NCBI GenBank assembly: GCA_051294905.1
Contig: CM119373.1
Location: forward strand, 2,916,001-2,980,000
Direction: 5' to 3'
DNA from: Botryllus schlosseri
Taxonomy: Eukaryota
DNA: 64,000 bases
Under the pieces are notes generated by a model. That model was not told where the DNA came from. It did not search any database and was given only the letters and a program-made list of their open reading frames with translations. Below are positions 1-14,932 of this stretch, one piece after another; positions within the stretch are counted from its first letter, which is position 1, and every line of letters begins with the position of its first letter. A program made the translations under genes and the position numbers.

Positions 1-1786
1 CATAGCTTTGTACGATGTTTCGTGTGCTGAGGTTTCAAGGCTGCCGCAGCAGCAAATGGTATGGAAATATAGTTTAAGGAGATGGATTGAATCTTAGCTG
101 CAATTATCGTATAATTTCAGTACTCGATGAAAGCATCTTCCACTGCTCGACTCAAATCATTAGAACTAATGCTCGATTTAGATCCGAGTGGAGTACTCGA
201 ATCATTGTGTCCGGCCTTATTCAAAATCTTTGAGTGGCCAATTCATAAATTTGCATTATGCAATATTGTAGCATACTAAAAGTGTATGTTATTTTACATC
301 AGTTCTTTGCCGAACTCCACTAAAGATTTGCCCAAACGTAACCTTTCCCAATAAGGAATCGTATGGCGAAAGTCGTATGTGAAGTACTGGTATTTTTACA
401 AGTCAATAAATAGTCAAAGTCGTGTATTTTGTTCTTGCCAACTGTAATTTCTGGTCACTAAAATCGCTTTTCGACTATACAATTACATCCTGGTTCGGAT
501 ACAGAGCATCGGATACAGAGTAATGTTGACGTCAGCAATTTTACTATTAATAGTTTACCCACAGTTGAAATGTTATGGCTTAATGCCAACAATGGAGCAT
601 TATCGTGACATGAGTTGTCTGGTAGCTGGTCTGACTAACTCAGGGGTTCCGAAAGGGCGGGCCATGGCCCACTGGTTGGTCACATGATTAATTTGAGATG
701 GGCCACAAAGCTATTTCAAAAATTGTAGATTTAGTAAAAATTTAGTTATATTTCTTATGTTCATATATTCAAACATATACTCATTATTCATATTATCGAA
801 TTATACGTTGGCTACAAAGCTTTTCATCCGACTATGATGAGATATAGTAGCACGTATGGAGTCACAATGTACAAGTCGAAAATGGTAGGGGAAACGGCGG
901 CTTTTATCCCCCGGCTATGGCAACTTACGGCTAACAGCAACGTAAATAATTTCTGTCATATAATATCTGGAACTTAATGCTGAAGTGACCAAGTATTCCG
1001 ACAATGTCATATGTCGTATGCCCTTGAAAAGGGCGTGCATTAAACTCGAACTGAAGTGCATTTGATGTAGATGTACGGTACTTCTGTAGGTCGTATTATT
1101 ATACGATCTTCCGGGCCGTAACTGTCGCACCCCAAAACCCGAAGGGGCCTGAAATTTCGTTGGTTGTTTGTTGCATGAGATGTATTCATCTTGAAAATAT
1201 TCGTCGCCATTCGCGCGACTTCATGTCTAGGTCTACACTTTAATACGATTATTACGACAAAAATGTGCTATAAGTCGGAGTTATGGGTAAAAATGAAGAA
1301 TATCGGCCTGGTGTAAATGACCATAGTAGTCGATAAACACCATGGATGCCACAAAACAAATAAACAAACAAAGTAGAATGACCGCTGTAAATTCCTTCTC
1401 AAATTTCAAAGAAAACGTTTCGTTGAGTCGCCGGATACCTTTAGTGGTCAACTGTAAGGCGTCACTTTCGAAATTGCAAAGTGCATCGATGCCACTAACG
1501 CAATAGTATATGACAACACCACCCTTTTATACGGGTGCCAACATACACCCAGAGCAAACGAAATCAGAATCTACCTTATACCGCTGTATAAATCGACCAC
1601 AACACTTTACACATTTTGCATGCACGTAGGAACGAAGGAAGGTATGCGCGTAGGCCCTTTCGGTGTGAAGTGACCATCTTTTCGATAAGAGTGTACTGAT
1701 TGCTAAAATCTCTTTCGCCCAGTCCTTGTGACAGGGTTGCATTTAAAACAAATATCAACTTAAAACAAACATGTTTAAAACAAGGC

Positions 1787-3417
1787 CCGTCTGAAACGGT
1801 AATTTAACGCAAACGCCGATATCGGTGACCTATCTGTTCATTTTGAGGATGTTTTAAACCGGGATGGGTCATATGATTTGGTATGGTATATCTTGACGAT
1901 ATCATCGAACATTGTACCAAGTTTCAAGTTTGTCAGTCCGCGACTAAGGTAGGAATTGCCTTATTCAAATCGACTACGTATAGGTGTGCTCGAAACTGAA
2001 ACTAAACTACTACTATTTTACGCAAAATTCGCCATTGATATGTTTTGATTTTGACCGTGTTCTATACGTATTTGGTAAACAAGATTTCGCATGGTTTATC
2101 TTGATTATATCAGCTAACGAACTGCCAGGTTTAAAGGCTGTCATTTAATAATTAGGGCAGTAATTTCGTTTCCGAAGTCTCATATTTATACTAGGTGCTC
2201 GCTAAAGTGATTTACGTATAAGTTGGTATTGGTCTGTATTGATTTTGACACTGTTAGGCCTATATACCGAATGAGGACACAAGGTTTACTATGGTATATC
2301 TTGGCGATGTCATCAAACACTGTGCAAATTTCCAGGTTGTCATCCGATGATTACGGCATTAATTCCGTTATCGAAGTCGACCGTTTATGTAGCGACCTGC
2401 AGCGTCAGACCTCTGCAATCTAGCCTACCGCATAACAGAATTTGCGCAAAAGCCGGCACTGGCCGGTGTCCATTTTGACGGTGCCCTGTACCGAGTTGGA
2501 GACAGAATGTCGTATGGTATATCATCATGATGTCATCAAACACTGGTCCAAGTTTTAAGGTTGTAACGCAATGATTTGGGTGTACTCATCGCTAACGAAA
2601 TTATACTGACCCAATCATCGAATGACAGCCTTGAAAATTGGCACGTTAGCTGATATAATCAACATATACCATGCGAAATCTTGTTTCCCAACCCCGTATA
2701 GAACACTGTCCAAATTAACACATATTAATAGTGACTTTTGCGTAAAATCTGCTATGCGGTAGCCTATAGTTTTAGTTTAGCGCACGCCTTCATACATAGT
2801 CGATTCGGATAAGACAATTACTACCCTACCCTATTGCGTGATAGCCTTGAAACTTGGTACATCGTTGGCTGATATAATCAAGTTAAACCGTACGAAATAT
2901 TGTCTCCCAAATACGTACAGAACACCGTCAAGATTAACACATATCTATAGCGACTTTGCGTAAAATCGGTTATGCGGTAGCCTAGTTTCAGTCTGGCTCT
3001 CATATATGCATTGCCAACTTCGGTAAGGCAATTAAAAATTACCACCCTAATAATTGAGTGACAGCCTTGAATCTTGGTACATCGTTAGATGGTATAATCA
3101 AGATATACGAAGGTGTGTCTGCAAAATACGTATGGAATAACGTCAAAATCAAAACATATCAATAGCGAGTTTTGTGTAAAATTGGAAATGCGTATGCGTA
3201 ATTCAGTTTCAGTTTCGCGTACACTTATACATAGTCGATATGAATAAGGCAATTACCATCCCTAATCATTGAGTGACAAACTTGAAACTTGGTGCAATGT
3301 TCTATGATATCGTCAAGATATACTATACCAAATCATGTGACCCATCCCGGTATATAACATCGTCAAAATCAACACATACCGAAACTGGCATTTGCGTTAA
3401 ATCACCGTTTCAGACGG
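1787..3417. mobile_element. Foldback-like element built from ~200-bp modular subrepeats
   Basis: Ends CCGTCTGAAACGG / CCGTTTCAGACGG; ~4 subunits in one orientation and ~4 inverted, centre near 2600. Confidence 0.7.
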
Positions 3418-5738
3418 ACGAAAACGTCATGGCGAAAGCTTACCCCACCTAGTCCGGCCAAAAGTCACGGTCGGATTACATATGGTCATGGAAACACGGT
3501 CGACATGTACAACGCATGCGTCATGCCCTTTCAGTCGTGCATATACCGTTCTTGGAAACAAAGTAAATGAAGCGACCAATTAATTTTCCGACAAATTCGG
3601 ACAAAGCCGTTTCTTCGCTTAATTCGTATAAAAGTGAGCGGGAAGAAACTGCTCTTATGACTAATCGGAATCGACTGTATATCTAAGACGATGAAATGAA
3701 AATGACTGTCCACTTTGGTTTGATAAATTGCAGCATAATACTGTGTCTGCAACATGCCTAAGCAAATCATTCATTCCACATATATGGACGTCAACTTGCA
3801 GCTAACGATTGTAATCAATCATTACCTTCTCAAATTTCTGAAAACGCAGCGACGCCTTCTTAGCTTCTTTTTTCGCTATTCTTCGACGGTAGAATACAAC
3901 ATATAGCTTGAATATTATCTGTTCTGTTTCAGTAGGCAGGCTCTATCTGTATGTACGAGTATTTGTTTTATTTCCGCGTTGTTATCAATATTTGTAGAGT
4001 GGAGCGGGGTGCATAAAAAGTCATTCGCACATCACAATCGTTGACGTAGTTATTACGGAAATAGACCATCAGGTAGTTTCAGCTTGTGCTCCCAGCGGCA
4101 ATGATTTCGAACGATTGTTTGGTTTAATGTGGCTTCAGAAGTATCTGTCGCAATGAAATCATGGTGTTATAGCATTCATACTGCGTAATTACAACACAAT
4201 TTGAACGTATGCATATAGCATACCATTTAATAACCCAGCAATTATATGTCGCTATATATATCCCCTATACCTGTGATACTTAACTGTTACTGACCTGGGG
4301 AGTACTTACGCCAATCTTTTAGCTTTCGCGGAACCACAGTTTTTTGCTGATCATAAAAACAAAACTCTACCACAATACCCATCCAGTACATTAATATAGA
4401 CTACTGTTGCACAAAATGAACGGTGCATCAACATGTTGAACGAAAAAAAAACATTAAAATAGGATTTTCGCTCAAATCAAAATTCTATGATGAATATTTA
4501 TTGCAAATCAATGTTACTTCTGCTGTTCCCTTTCAGATTCCAGTTCAGAAATGTGAAGCTTCACCTTGGAAAGTGGCATCGCATTGTTCGATCGAAACGC
4601 AACAGTTTGATACCCATTAGTTGCTACATCGCAACTGAAGTTTCAAATATTGGAGATGGAATTTACATTTAACCCTTTTAATGGGGGGTCAGATTTTGCG
4701 GAACTGACCATCACTTTTCAAATCCATACCGTGACGTCACCAAGACTTTAATCTGAGCTGTTCCAGTTTAAAAGTGGCCGGAGTATTGCCTTCTACCGTT
4801 TCCGCCCTCGATCGACACCCCATGCCATGCCTAGGGTTTTTTATAAGACTAAATAAAAAAACTTTTTCTATGAAAAATCTCATTATCTCACTCATTTTTC
4901 CAGACTGACCCCCAGGATAGCGTCAGAGAGTCCAAAATGATGCCTCAGGGCGTAGCCACCGCTGCTTGGTTTCAAACAAGCCGTCAACCATGACAGTAAA
5001 CCGCGTGGCTCGCCAGATATCAAAAAATCAAAAATACACCGAAAATCTACATAGGGGCGTGGTCAGTGAGTGGTCATAATGATCAAGCTCAAGATCAATA
5101 CCGAATCGGACCCCTACCACCATGAAACAACGTAGTATACATTCTCTTGTCATATCCCACCATTTGCAGGTATAGTAAACCAGTTTATGACTCATATTCC
5201 GTCACGAACTTAGACTTGAACTTGGCTATGTTCTTGAAACTCACCGAAGCGTGAACACAATTAACAAACCCCATCAGCAAACTCCCCAGAACAAGGTTTG
5301 ATGTTCGAAACGGTTATAAATTACACAGAATACCGTACAAGTCGACTTCATATCTTCTGGCAGAATTTCTGACTGTATTTCCCACTCGGAAAATATCTGG
5401 AAATTTTAGGCATTGGTATTTTCAGCCGAACTCTTCATGTAAGATCGTCGGTATTCGAAAATTGTCATGCCCTATACCTTCAAATTAGGTATGATATCCA
5501 TAGAAACCAAAAGCAGTCCGCTACGACATATATATATATGGAGAAATTGAGAGATGAACTTGAACTTGGGACCCCAGTTTAAAAGGGTTAAGAAAAAAAG
5601 CGTTTCCATTTCGCTCTCCAATAGCCCCTGCCTAAGCCACTGCACATTACGTACCACCACAGCGGCCACAATTCGACTACTGGTCGCCCCAAATTGCCAG
5701 TAACCAATGGCGGCCAAGTCTAACGTATCATCATAAAT

Positions 5739-7251
5739 CAGAGGTCTCAAACTCAAATGTGCTCACGGGCCAATTCCGGATTTCCGATGACGCCTCGTGC
5801 AGCAGCATCAATAATAGGGGTATTCAATGTATATTATCCAAGTAGGCCTTATTTGACGGCACCTTGCAGACAGGCATTCCACAAACATCGCGAAAATGTA
5901 ATTTATCATTCTACTACGCTTGGCACGAAAAATAAAAACATTTTTAAATATTATAATAAAATAATTTTTGTACCGGACATAATTTGTTAAAATAATGAGT
6001 TGTAGATATCATGAGAGAGGACGCATGATGATATCGTAAAAGCTGCCGGGTTATGATATTGCAGCTATAGTGGATTTATGACGTGCCGGAATTTTATGTG
6101 GAATATCTCAAAATTTACTGAAGATTGACCTGATATCAGAGCATGTGAGTGGTGTAGCCTAATCGGGGTTTCTGATATAGTCCTGATAAGTAGGCTATTG
6201 TTACTGTCATTACCAAAGTCGAATTAAACCAACGTTAGTTTTTTCGATTAAAATCGGAGCAGATCAATAACAACTAGCAATTATTGTGCCATAGTAATAG
6301 CATTGTTTCTTAACCTTTTTAGCGACCGTACCCCTTATGCTTTCAATATGACTGCCCGTGCCCCAGTCCATTTTCAACACAATTTCTGCGGGTACATATA
6401 TACAAAATCAGAAAGGCCATACACATAAAATCAGGCATAGAGCGAAGAATATTTTCCAATTGAATAAATTGGCCCAGATAATATTCCACGTCATATAGGC
6501 CTATTTACAGAATGAATCTCGTACCCCCTGATGTGGTGCTTCGTACCACGAAGGGGCTACGGACCCCTGGAATAAAAATGTCTAATCGAAGAAGAATCCT
6601 TTGGTGTTACGGCTGTATAGCGTACCACTGCCTTACTCACCACTGATAACAACATAGATAAAGAGAACAAACAATACTTAGGATTTTACCAAATATACGT
6701 CACGGGGGTCACATAATGCCAATGGTTTCCATACAGACATGATTGGATATCTATATATCCCACGCAACGCAAGCCACGGCCTTTTGATATACTGCTATTC
6801 CCCATAACAGTTTCATTGGTTGTTTCCGTATAGCATTACCAAGTCACTATTCCGATACGCAACTCCTCTGATTTCAACGTTTGACCCGACTCAACTCGAG
6901 TCGTTTTTAGTTAATCACCCACTCTATCAACAATCCAGTAATGTGACGAAAGGTTGCACCAACCAAAATCACAATATTCAGTCACGAATCATCAACGGGT
7001 CATGTTTTATCACCATGAACTAGAAATGTGACGTAATAGCGATCTTCCACCGCATGGTAGATTTTAGAAGTGATGTGATAGTGAAGTTTGTTGAGATTTC
7101 AGGTTTTTGTAATAGTTTTAGAGCGAACTTCAAGTCCTTGAATCTAAAAAAGATATATGACGCTGGAATATACTGTCGAACACTTGAAATTCCAAAATGC
7201 CTTCGCGGGTCGCACAAAATGTTCTCGTGGGCCGCGTGCTTGAGACCTGCG
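5739..7251. mobile_element. Non-autonomous hAT-like element (CAGAGGTCTCAAAC family)
   Basis: TIR-like ends; homologous along its length to 47372-48835; TSD not preserved. Confidence 0.7.
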
Positions 7252-7589
7252 TGAGCTGATTGTGTGTCTTGACCTTCCGCGAACCCTTGATACTGACCCA
7301 GGTAACTTCTTGTTTTCCCGGTAACACTGCTTAAGAACCTATTGGATCGGTGCCAGTTTTCCACGATGCAGTATAGCACGGAAATATGTGCGCGTGACAA
7401 TGAACGGAAGCCTTGGACCGCCGGGCAATAGCATCAACTGACAGACCTAATTTAAACAAAACGCCTATGAGTACTGGGTTGTTGTTTGTGGTAGACTATC
7501 CAGTGGCGTAGCAGCCAGTTGGCGATTCTGGTTCTTCGTCAGGTGCGGCTAACTGCAAGGAGGGTGAAAGAGGCTGCAGACAGCATACA

Positions 7590-7828
7590 GCAAGGAGAGA
7601 TAGCTATTTAAGGTTGTCCCTGAAACTTTATCTTACCATTAGTGTTTCAATTGCGATCTGTGAGAGGAGTTTCTCAAAATGATAAAGTATTTATGTTTTA
7701 CGATGAATGATGATTGTCTATCAGCTTCAAGGATTCATTCTATAGAAAGAGACTCCGTTTAACAACATGATTTTGTAGATGCTATCGCTGATTTTGCTTC
7801 GGTGATAACTCGAAATGTGCAATTTTGA
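7590..7828 (+). pseudogene. Degenerate hAT transposase C-terminal dimerisation region
   Basis: CERSFSK / TMNDD..SIERD..IADFAS..RNVQF* with frameshifts; paralog at 31200-31442. Confidence 0.65.
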
Positions 7829-8059
7829 TCTTTTATTTGCCTAATAGCCTACGTCTGTTCTCTTTTTTTCGGCCTCAACGCTGAGTCAGCGATGCTTCTT
7901 TCTCAAGCATTAGAGAACTTCTGAGACGCAGCGGATTATTTGTAATTGCTTGAACATGAAACTATTTCAAAGTTTGCTGCAGTCTACCTAGACCGGCCTT
8001 TTCAATTTCAATGAAAGCCAGGGGCGGCAGCAAATGCTCACAAGACACTGGTGGTATCC

Positions 8060-8292
8060 GTGAGTTTGTTTTACTCCAATGGTCATCAACACGAGGCCAA
8101 TATTCTTTCTCGTGATTTCGTAGCTTCCAGCTAATAGCACGGCCCACTTCTAGGCTTTTTAAGACACCACTTACTCGGATCAAAATGCAAGGAGCAGCCA
8201 ATAGATAAACCTGTAACACTTGGTCTAGCGTCGACCTCAGTAACCTTATGGTGTTGCAGCTGTGGATCATACCACTACGCTATCTCGCCACA
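8060..8292 (-). mobile_element. tRNA-derived SINE, same family as 37463-37741
   Basis: Head GTGGCGAGATAGCGTAGTGG; body similar to the 37463 copy. Confidence 0.7.
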
Positions 8293-8687
8293 TATGTGAT
8301 TGCAGTGTGTTTATGGTCTATCAACCGTCAGTCCAGTCTCCAGAGTTAGGTTGTCCAGAGTGAAGAAAAGAACTTGACGCGCATGAAGCTGGACTAAAGA
8401 AGGTGATTCACCGCCAATCCGTCATCATTGCGACAAATATCAACAAGTTAATACAACATGTATTTGCTGGACGTAAATTCAAATATATGTTCCTTCTAAA
8501 TTTCATTTATTTACATTGTGCAATAAACCTTGTGCAATAAACCTTCTGCCGAGTAAGAAACAATAAGTTCCTTTAGGCCAACAGTGGTAATTTTAGTGTT
8601 GGAAATCAAACATTGAAGCATTTTCACAAATAAGTGAACTCCAATTGTCATACCGGTAAATTCAACCGTACTGAAGAGTCTCATCAC

Positions 8688-9714
8688 TAGGGTCCCGTTT
8701 TTATATGACCTGAAAAAATCAATTATATGACTTTATTTTTGGGAAAATATGACTTTATATGATTTTATGCCAAAATCGTGTATTTTTACATGTAACCAAC
8801 ATCACTCATGGAACTGACGAGTGACGAGTAAACATAAACAACATAACAGTAATACACATCCATTTTTATTTTAAACCACTTTTGTAGTACAGTTTCGTGT
8901 AGTGTGGAATGTTGGAGTCTTTAAAGTTGCGATTTGGACGTAAAAATGACTTTAGTAAGGAAAATGAGCGCTCCACAGATGCTGATGTTGGTTGACACTT
9001 CTGCAGTTTTGCATACAGCGCTGGTGAAATGCCTTGTCTTTGTATCTCCATAATTTGTTTCATGTCATTTTGTCCAATCGCTTCTTAATGTAATTTTTGA
9101 GCTCAAGCGGATCTTTTCCGAAATCGCGGGCATTTAGATCAACATGAGCCTCTTTGATAGTGTACAACTTTCCATTTTCAGTATCAAGTTAGAAATATTG
9201 TTGTAGTGGAGGCATATTTCTGTTAACTGACTCGTCAACTTTGGATCGTTCACTGAATCTTTGACGCTCTTTACATCAACTCCTTCAGCTTCCCATGCGT
9301 TGACTATTTCTTCCACTTGTGGAAGTCTCTGACCTTCAAATGACGTCCCCCTTCAGTGCACAGAAGTAAATCAGATTGTGTAGCAACACAATGCAATGTG
9401 TGACCTCATAATGCAATGTGTGACCTCATAGGTCTGCGACTGTAATGTTATGTAGGCTAACCTTACGTTTGCCTTCGTTCAATCAGAAATTGCCTTACTT
9501 TGCTAGTGCGTAATTGCTTCAATTGGCACTTTTTATTCAAAGTATACAACAATATGACTTTATATCTCAAATATGACCTAACCAGGAAAATATGACTTTA
9601 TATGACTTTATAACTTTCATACCCCATATGGATGCGGTTTTTGCGTTAAAATTGATTTCACGACTTACTGATGCATAGAAAAAAATATGACTTTAATGAC
9701 TTTAAATGGCCCTA
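8688..9714 (-). mobile_element. Internally deleted hAT transposon with transposase remnant
   Basis: TAGGG...CCCTA ends; perfect TSD CTCATCAC; PTSASVERSFS motif at 8866-9063; empty site in unit B near 32138. Confidence 0.85.
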
Positions 9715-9999
9715 CTCATCACCCACTGTTAATTCTGGTCCCGCTTATGTCTGTGTAATGAATATTTAATGATTTTGCGCAATCCGTAAAATGACGAATA
9801 TCACGGTATGAACACATCCAACTTCGATGTTAAACACAATTCAAACATTTTCACCCGCTACCGACGGTTGAATCTAATCTGCTGCACAGCGCTCTCTCGC
9901 GAGTCGAGCTGCCGAATTGCTTGCATATCTTGTTACTTTTGATGAATGAGTATTATTATTAATTCAAGGCATTTCAATGGCGCTTATAGCCTTTTTTAG

Positions 10000-10341
10000 G
10001 CCTTGTGCACCACGGCATGGATATTGTACAGTTCAATGACATTGTCTTTTCCAGTATCTTCGACTTTTTCTATTTGCATCGTTCTTCGATTGCTTCGTAA
10101 TTGTTCACTTTTCGTTTCACTCTTCACACTTCATCGCACTCTCCCATGCATTCAACTTCGGGTCTCGGATGCCGACTTTTTGCAGCGTGGCTTACTGTGT
10201 TTCTGGGCTTTTTCAAGACGCTGTTAGTACAGCGGGATCAGCGATGAGGAGCCCAGATAAACCTCCGACACATAGAAACTAGCCCGAACAAGGGTTCGAG
10301 AACCAATCACCATTGGTGTCGCAGCGCAGGCGATTTACACA
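10000..10341 (-). mobile_element. tRNA-derived SINE
   Basis: A/B-box-like head plus core TGTGTCGGAGGTTTATCTGGGCTCCTCATCGC, shared with 23975-24293 and 26815-27168. Confidence 0.65.
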
Positions 10342-11454
10342 CTGCGCCACTCGCATCCCCCAAATGAATGAGTAACATACGGATTGTTGAGATACCGTGT
10401 TTTTGTGGTTACCCGTCGGAGTTCATCCATTGATATACGAAAAAAGTACAGATATTATGGAATGAAACTTAATTTTGATGGTTGTACAATGAACAGTGTG
10501 GTAATTCGACCCATGATTAACACAGCCGAGTCTACGGAACTCAGCAGTGTTGTGGAACAGGCAAATTGCACTATTTTGAAATTAAGCAGCACACAGTATC
10601 TGTGGTATGGCAATGCTATTTGCAAAGACTTAACCTGCGGTTCCTTCTCATCTAAAATAGGGATATTGCAAAGGTTCGGAAAGTAACACGTTCAGTAACA
10701 GCGGTTTTGATGATGGCCAGGTTCGTGTTTGTACATTACCTTTCAGCAGGTACGTATGTAGGCCTACACAATGATTCGGGTACTCGGAGCTGAATCGGAA
10801 AACAGTTCTGATGATTCGTGTCGAGTGGTGGGAAATAATATTTTCGAGTACTGAAATTATACGATACTTGTTCAATTTTTATCGAGATTTATAGTTTTGA
10901 TGCTATTCTGCACTTGAGAACTCTGTAAAATTCGATTGGTCGTACTACAGAATACGAAACATGCGGCACAACGCTATCCACGTTGGTGCAGATGAAATGT
11001 GAAGTCGAGATCGATCCGCTACATTGTCGCATCGTGCAATGAAGCAGGTCTTTATATCGTCTAAAATACCAAATTATCTTCATCTAGTGTCGAACTGGCA
11101 TTATAATATTTGTGTCGCATGAAAGGCACATATTTCATATCCTATGCATACTGATGTGTTACGATATTGAGCGTGATACACCTCAGAATCGAATCCCTCA
11201 GCTATACTCGATTTCGTCCAGCCCTAGTCGTAGGTATCTCCTCAATGTGACATATAACAGATACAGTGTTGCATCATTTCATCTGTCGCCCGAGGCCCGA
11301 TGACTCCAGCAAAACGCAAAATATATATTGTGACCAATCGCAATGGACCATACGTAGACTCGACATCGGTGTGAAAATAGCAAGTTCCATTGAAGCGACT
11401 ATCGAGGCGTGTAAATTAGCTAGTGTCGATACAGTGAGTGTCAACATAGCGAGG

Positions 11455-11526
11455 TATTCAAATTAAGTCAGTGATTTTTATCAAATTAAGGCAGTGATTT
11501 TTATCAAATTAAGGTAGTGATTTTTA
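11455..11526. repeat. ~24-bp minisatellite x3
   Basis: caaattaag(t/g)(c/t)agtgattttt repeated. Confidence 0.8.
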
Positions 11527-12671
11527 ATTGTGGTTCATTGAGCCAATCTAGGGTGTCACGCTGGAGGTCAAGACAACCAATCAATTCGTGCATATATGAT
11601 TCATATTAACACGCTTTTCTTAGCAATTGGGCGTGATCAGTCGTATAATTGTGACTGTTATGGTAGTGATCGAGTGCAGTTCGAAATTGAAACCCTGTCC
11701 TTCTGAAATACCTATTATATCTCCAATATTAATTACGTGATTTGCAATTAGGCAATTGATATCACGCTGCTGCGTTGATGAAAGGATAGGAACCACTTAG
11801 CTTGGATTAGGATCGGTTTAGCTCAGTGTTTCTTAACTGTGTCGCCTGCACATCCCAAGGAGCGATTTGGATTTTGAAGGTGGCGGAAACGCTCAGGAGG
11901 CGAAATGGGGGGCACTGGGCCGAGGGTAAAATGGCGTCTCAGCAGAGGGAACAGTAGGGACATAATATTCTATCGTAGAACAACAATTCTATGTATCCCT
12001 CAGTTCTCATTGCAAATTAACTTTCGACAAAATCTGTCAAATCTCGGAAAATATGCCGACAATGTTTGCGGCATTTTTCCACGAATGCAGTGGTTTATTA
12101 TAATTCATGTAAAATTATTTGTGCGTAATTTTAGACCGCCATTTCCCCGTCGAAATACTCTCATCACGCTAGCTCGGTTATTCTTCACAAAATGTATCTA
12201 ACTAGGTATCTTATCCCGCCGCGCACAGCGTGTCGGAATCGAAGAAAGAGTCACTGTGGCACTTTTGAGAGTGAGAGCCCTTTGTACATTAAGGATGTTT
12301 TGAAGCATTTTGGTCAAAATGATTAACTAAATATATGTGTATTTGGGATCTACAAAATTAAATCTTCAGAATATTTCTTCATCGTTCCATAAATGATGAT
12401 ACTATTTACTTTTGCGACCCTCAACCTCACCTGAATGTTACATAATTTGGATTGCTTTGTTTGGAATACATTCATGCTAAAGTTAATAACTGGGTGCAGT
12501 ACTAAATTCAATGTGAGCAAAGCTCTCCACCACTATCTCAGTTGGTTTACTTGTCACATAATGCAATAAAACAAAACCGCCCCCGTATTGCCAGCCGCCG
12601 CGGTGAATTCGGGATGGGTAGACCGGGCCCGAACCAGCTGTTATGAGACCATACGCGATGGCTGTTTTAAA

Positions 12672-14932
12672 CAGGGCTTTGGAGCAGCCGTAAATTTGCA
12701 TTGCTCCAGCTCCGGCTCCGGAGCTTTCTTCTATCATACATTAGCTCCGGCTCCGGCTCCGGCTCCAGCTCCGGAGCCGCATTATTACCACTGCTCCGGC
12801 TCCAGCTCCGGCTCTGAAAACTATCGACGGTGTCTGTATATATCAGGAGTGGGAAACCCACGGCCTATTACGAGCCATATGTGGCCCGCGAGAAGGTTTT
12901 GAGTAGCCCGCGATTAAATTTCCCATTATATTATCGAAATTCTGTTATATTATCGAAATTGCATTGCTGATATTGTGAACTTGCAAGGCCAACCAAAAAT
13001 ATGATTAGTCTGGCCGCGACACTTGGGATGTTGATGACTAAAATATCAGTTCCGACAATTGGCAGATCCAGGGTCCAGTCACATTTTCAGTAAATCGTCG
13101 TATATTACAATAAACTAAATAAGTAGTAACATTTTTCTTCACGCTTCGCGTGTTTAATTGTCACACGATTTCTTTCTTTGTAGTCTAACCCCGCCTGAAA
13201 ATGAAAAAACGCCTGATTTAGCCGATTGAGTCTAACTGTATTCGGAATTACGAGAGAAATTCTTTTCGCGTTTGCGCTCGCAGAAAGATCGTCGACGATG
13301 AAATGTAGGCACAAAAGGATTGTCGTATATTAGCGGAAATCTTCGATATCGACATGTCCAGATGCCGAATAGTCATGTCCTTGCAAACTGAGCCCAGTGG
13401 GCGGTATACAGTCGACCCGCAATATACCCAAGTAATAATAATATTAACTTTGAAAATTTTACGCGCCTGGCGCGGCTATAGGGCAGCGCACTCGTTCGTC
13501 AATTACACGTGGCGCTTTAGCCGAAAAGGTTGACCCTCTGGTCTATATATATTACTAATTTACCCGTAGGTTGGTTATCTTTAGTAATCTAGAGTCTGTC
13601 AGCCGTCGGTAACATCGGATGCAGAAACGCAGAAATAGGTGCCGCCTTGTGACGACATAATGAATACTGGTCAATTGTCGATAACATCATAGTTGCAAAC
13701 GCACTTTACTCCGTGCCATTGCTGTGTACAGCATCACAATTTTGATGCGGCGTTTTAACACTGGCACTGTACTCGTTAACAGTAAGCCATACAGCTCAAT
13801 TCAATCTTTAAATGTGCGATTATTATTCAACTGAAACTGTAGTAAGAGCAATATGGGCGGATATAACGACGTGATCAATAGAAATTCGATTTGTACCAAA
13901 TGGCCAATGGTTTGACGTTCGATATTGGTGCAATCGTTACTAGTTCATCCGGTGTCGATCAAGTTTATCGGAATATAATATTTTCCAGTTGAAATGAATC
14001 GAATATTCGAATTAAACACTGTGCCATGAACATTGCGCCATGCCCATAACGAATTGAATTATTGCACATATACAAGTCCCAGTTCGCGATAATCCGGGAA
14101 TACTGGAGTATCAAGCAGACATCAAGAATGAATTTACGAAATAGATGATTAGAAATTGGAAATTGCGTATCAAATCAGTAATTTGTCTCCAACATAAAAT
14201 ACCATGGGGTTTTGGGCTACTCTTCTGCCATCCCCTATTTACGCTCGAAAATCCTTACTGGAGTGAATGGCGATGTAGCGCAGTAATGAATTCCAATTAG
14301 CATGCAAAATTGCATACTCAATCACACTGTCCAATTTCGCGGCCCGATTAAAGAACTATCACGAAAGAACGACTATTTGCTCATCCGATTCATAGCAACC
14401 ATGAGCTGGAATTTCTCGGCTCGCGCTCGTCATATCGACATGTGCAACGAAATCACGTTTTTATCCTCTCTCCAATTTCGCGTAATACATGTGATCATTA
14501 TTTTGGAACCGTGTATGCAATTGGCCAACAATGTTGTGCTGATGATGCAATTGCGGGAATGCCGAATAGCCACAATATTCACATGCATATTTCGCATACC
14601 TAGGTTCGGCACTCATGTATGAAAATGGAAAATTGAACATATGACTGCTCTGCTGTTGAATCCCCAGGAACATGGTTAGTCGGAAAAGGTAGCGGCAAAG
14701 AGGAAAAGATTCTTAATTTCGCGAAGGCCTGCTGTTGAATTATGTGAACTCAGCAGATATGGTTGTGGCATATATAATAGCATCTTATAAAATACGTCGG
14801 AGCCGGAGCTACCCCTCAAATAACTGGCTCCAGCTCCGGCTCCGGCTGAATTTTATGTAGAGCTCCGGCTCCGGCTCCAGCTCCGGTAAAAATGCACGGC
14901 TCCGGGGCTCCGGCTCCGGCTACAAAGCCCTG
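12672..14932. mobile_element. hAT-like element with (GCTCCG)n subterminal repeats; nested MITE at 12844-13540
   Basis: CAGGGCTTTG...CAAAGCCCTG TIRs; perfect TSD GTTTTAAA; possibly itself nested in 11824-15135 (CAGTG.TTCTTAAC ends). Confidence 0.85.

Noticed and set aside
4669..5060. piggyBac-like element (TTAA-CCC start)
   Set aside because: No matching right terminus could be located
12588..12902. ORFs with APAPAP / EPEPEP tracts
   Set aside because: Translations of (GCTCCG)n subterminal repeats of a transposon
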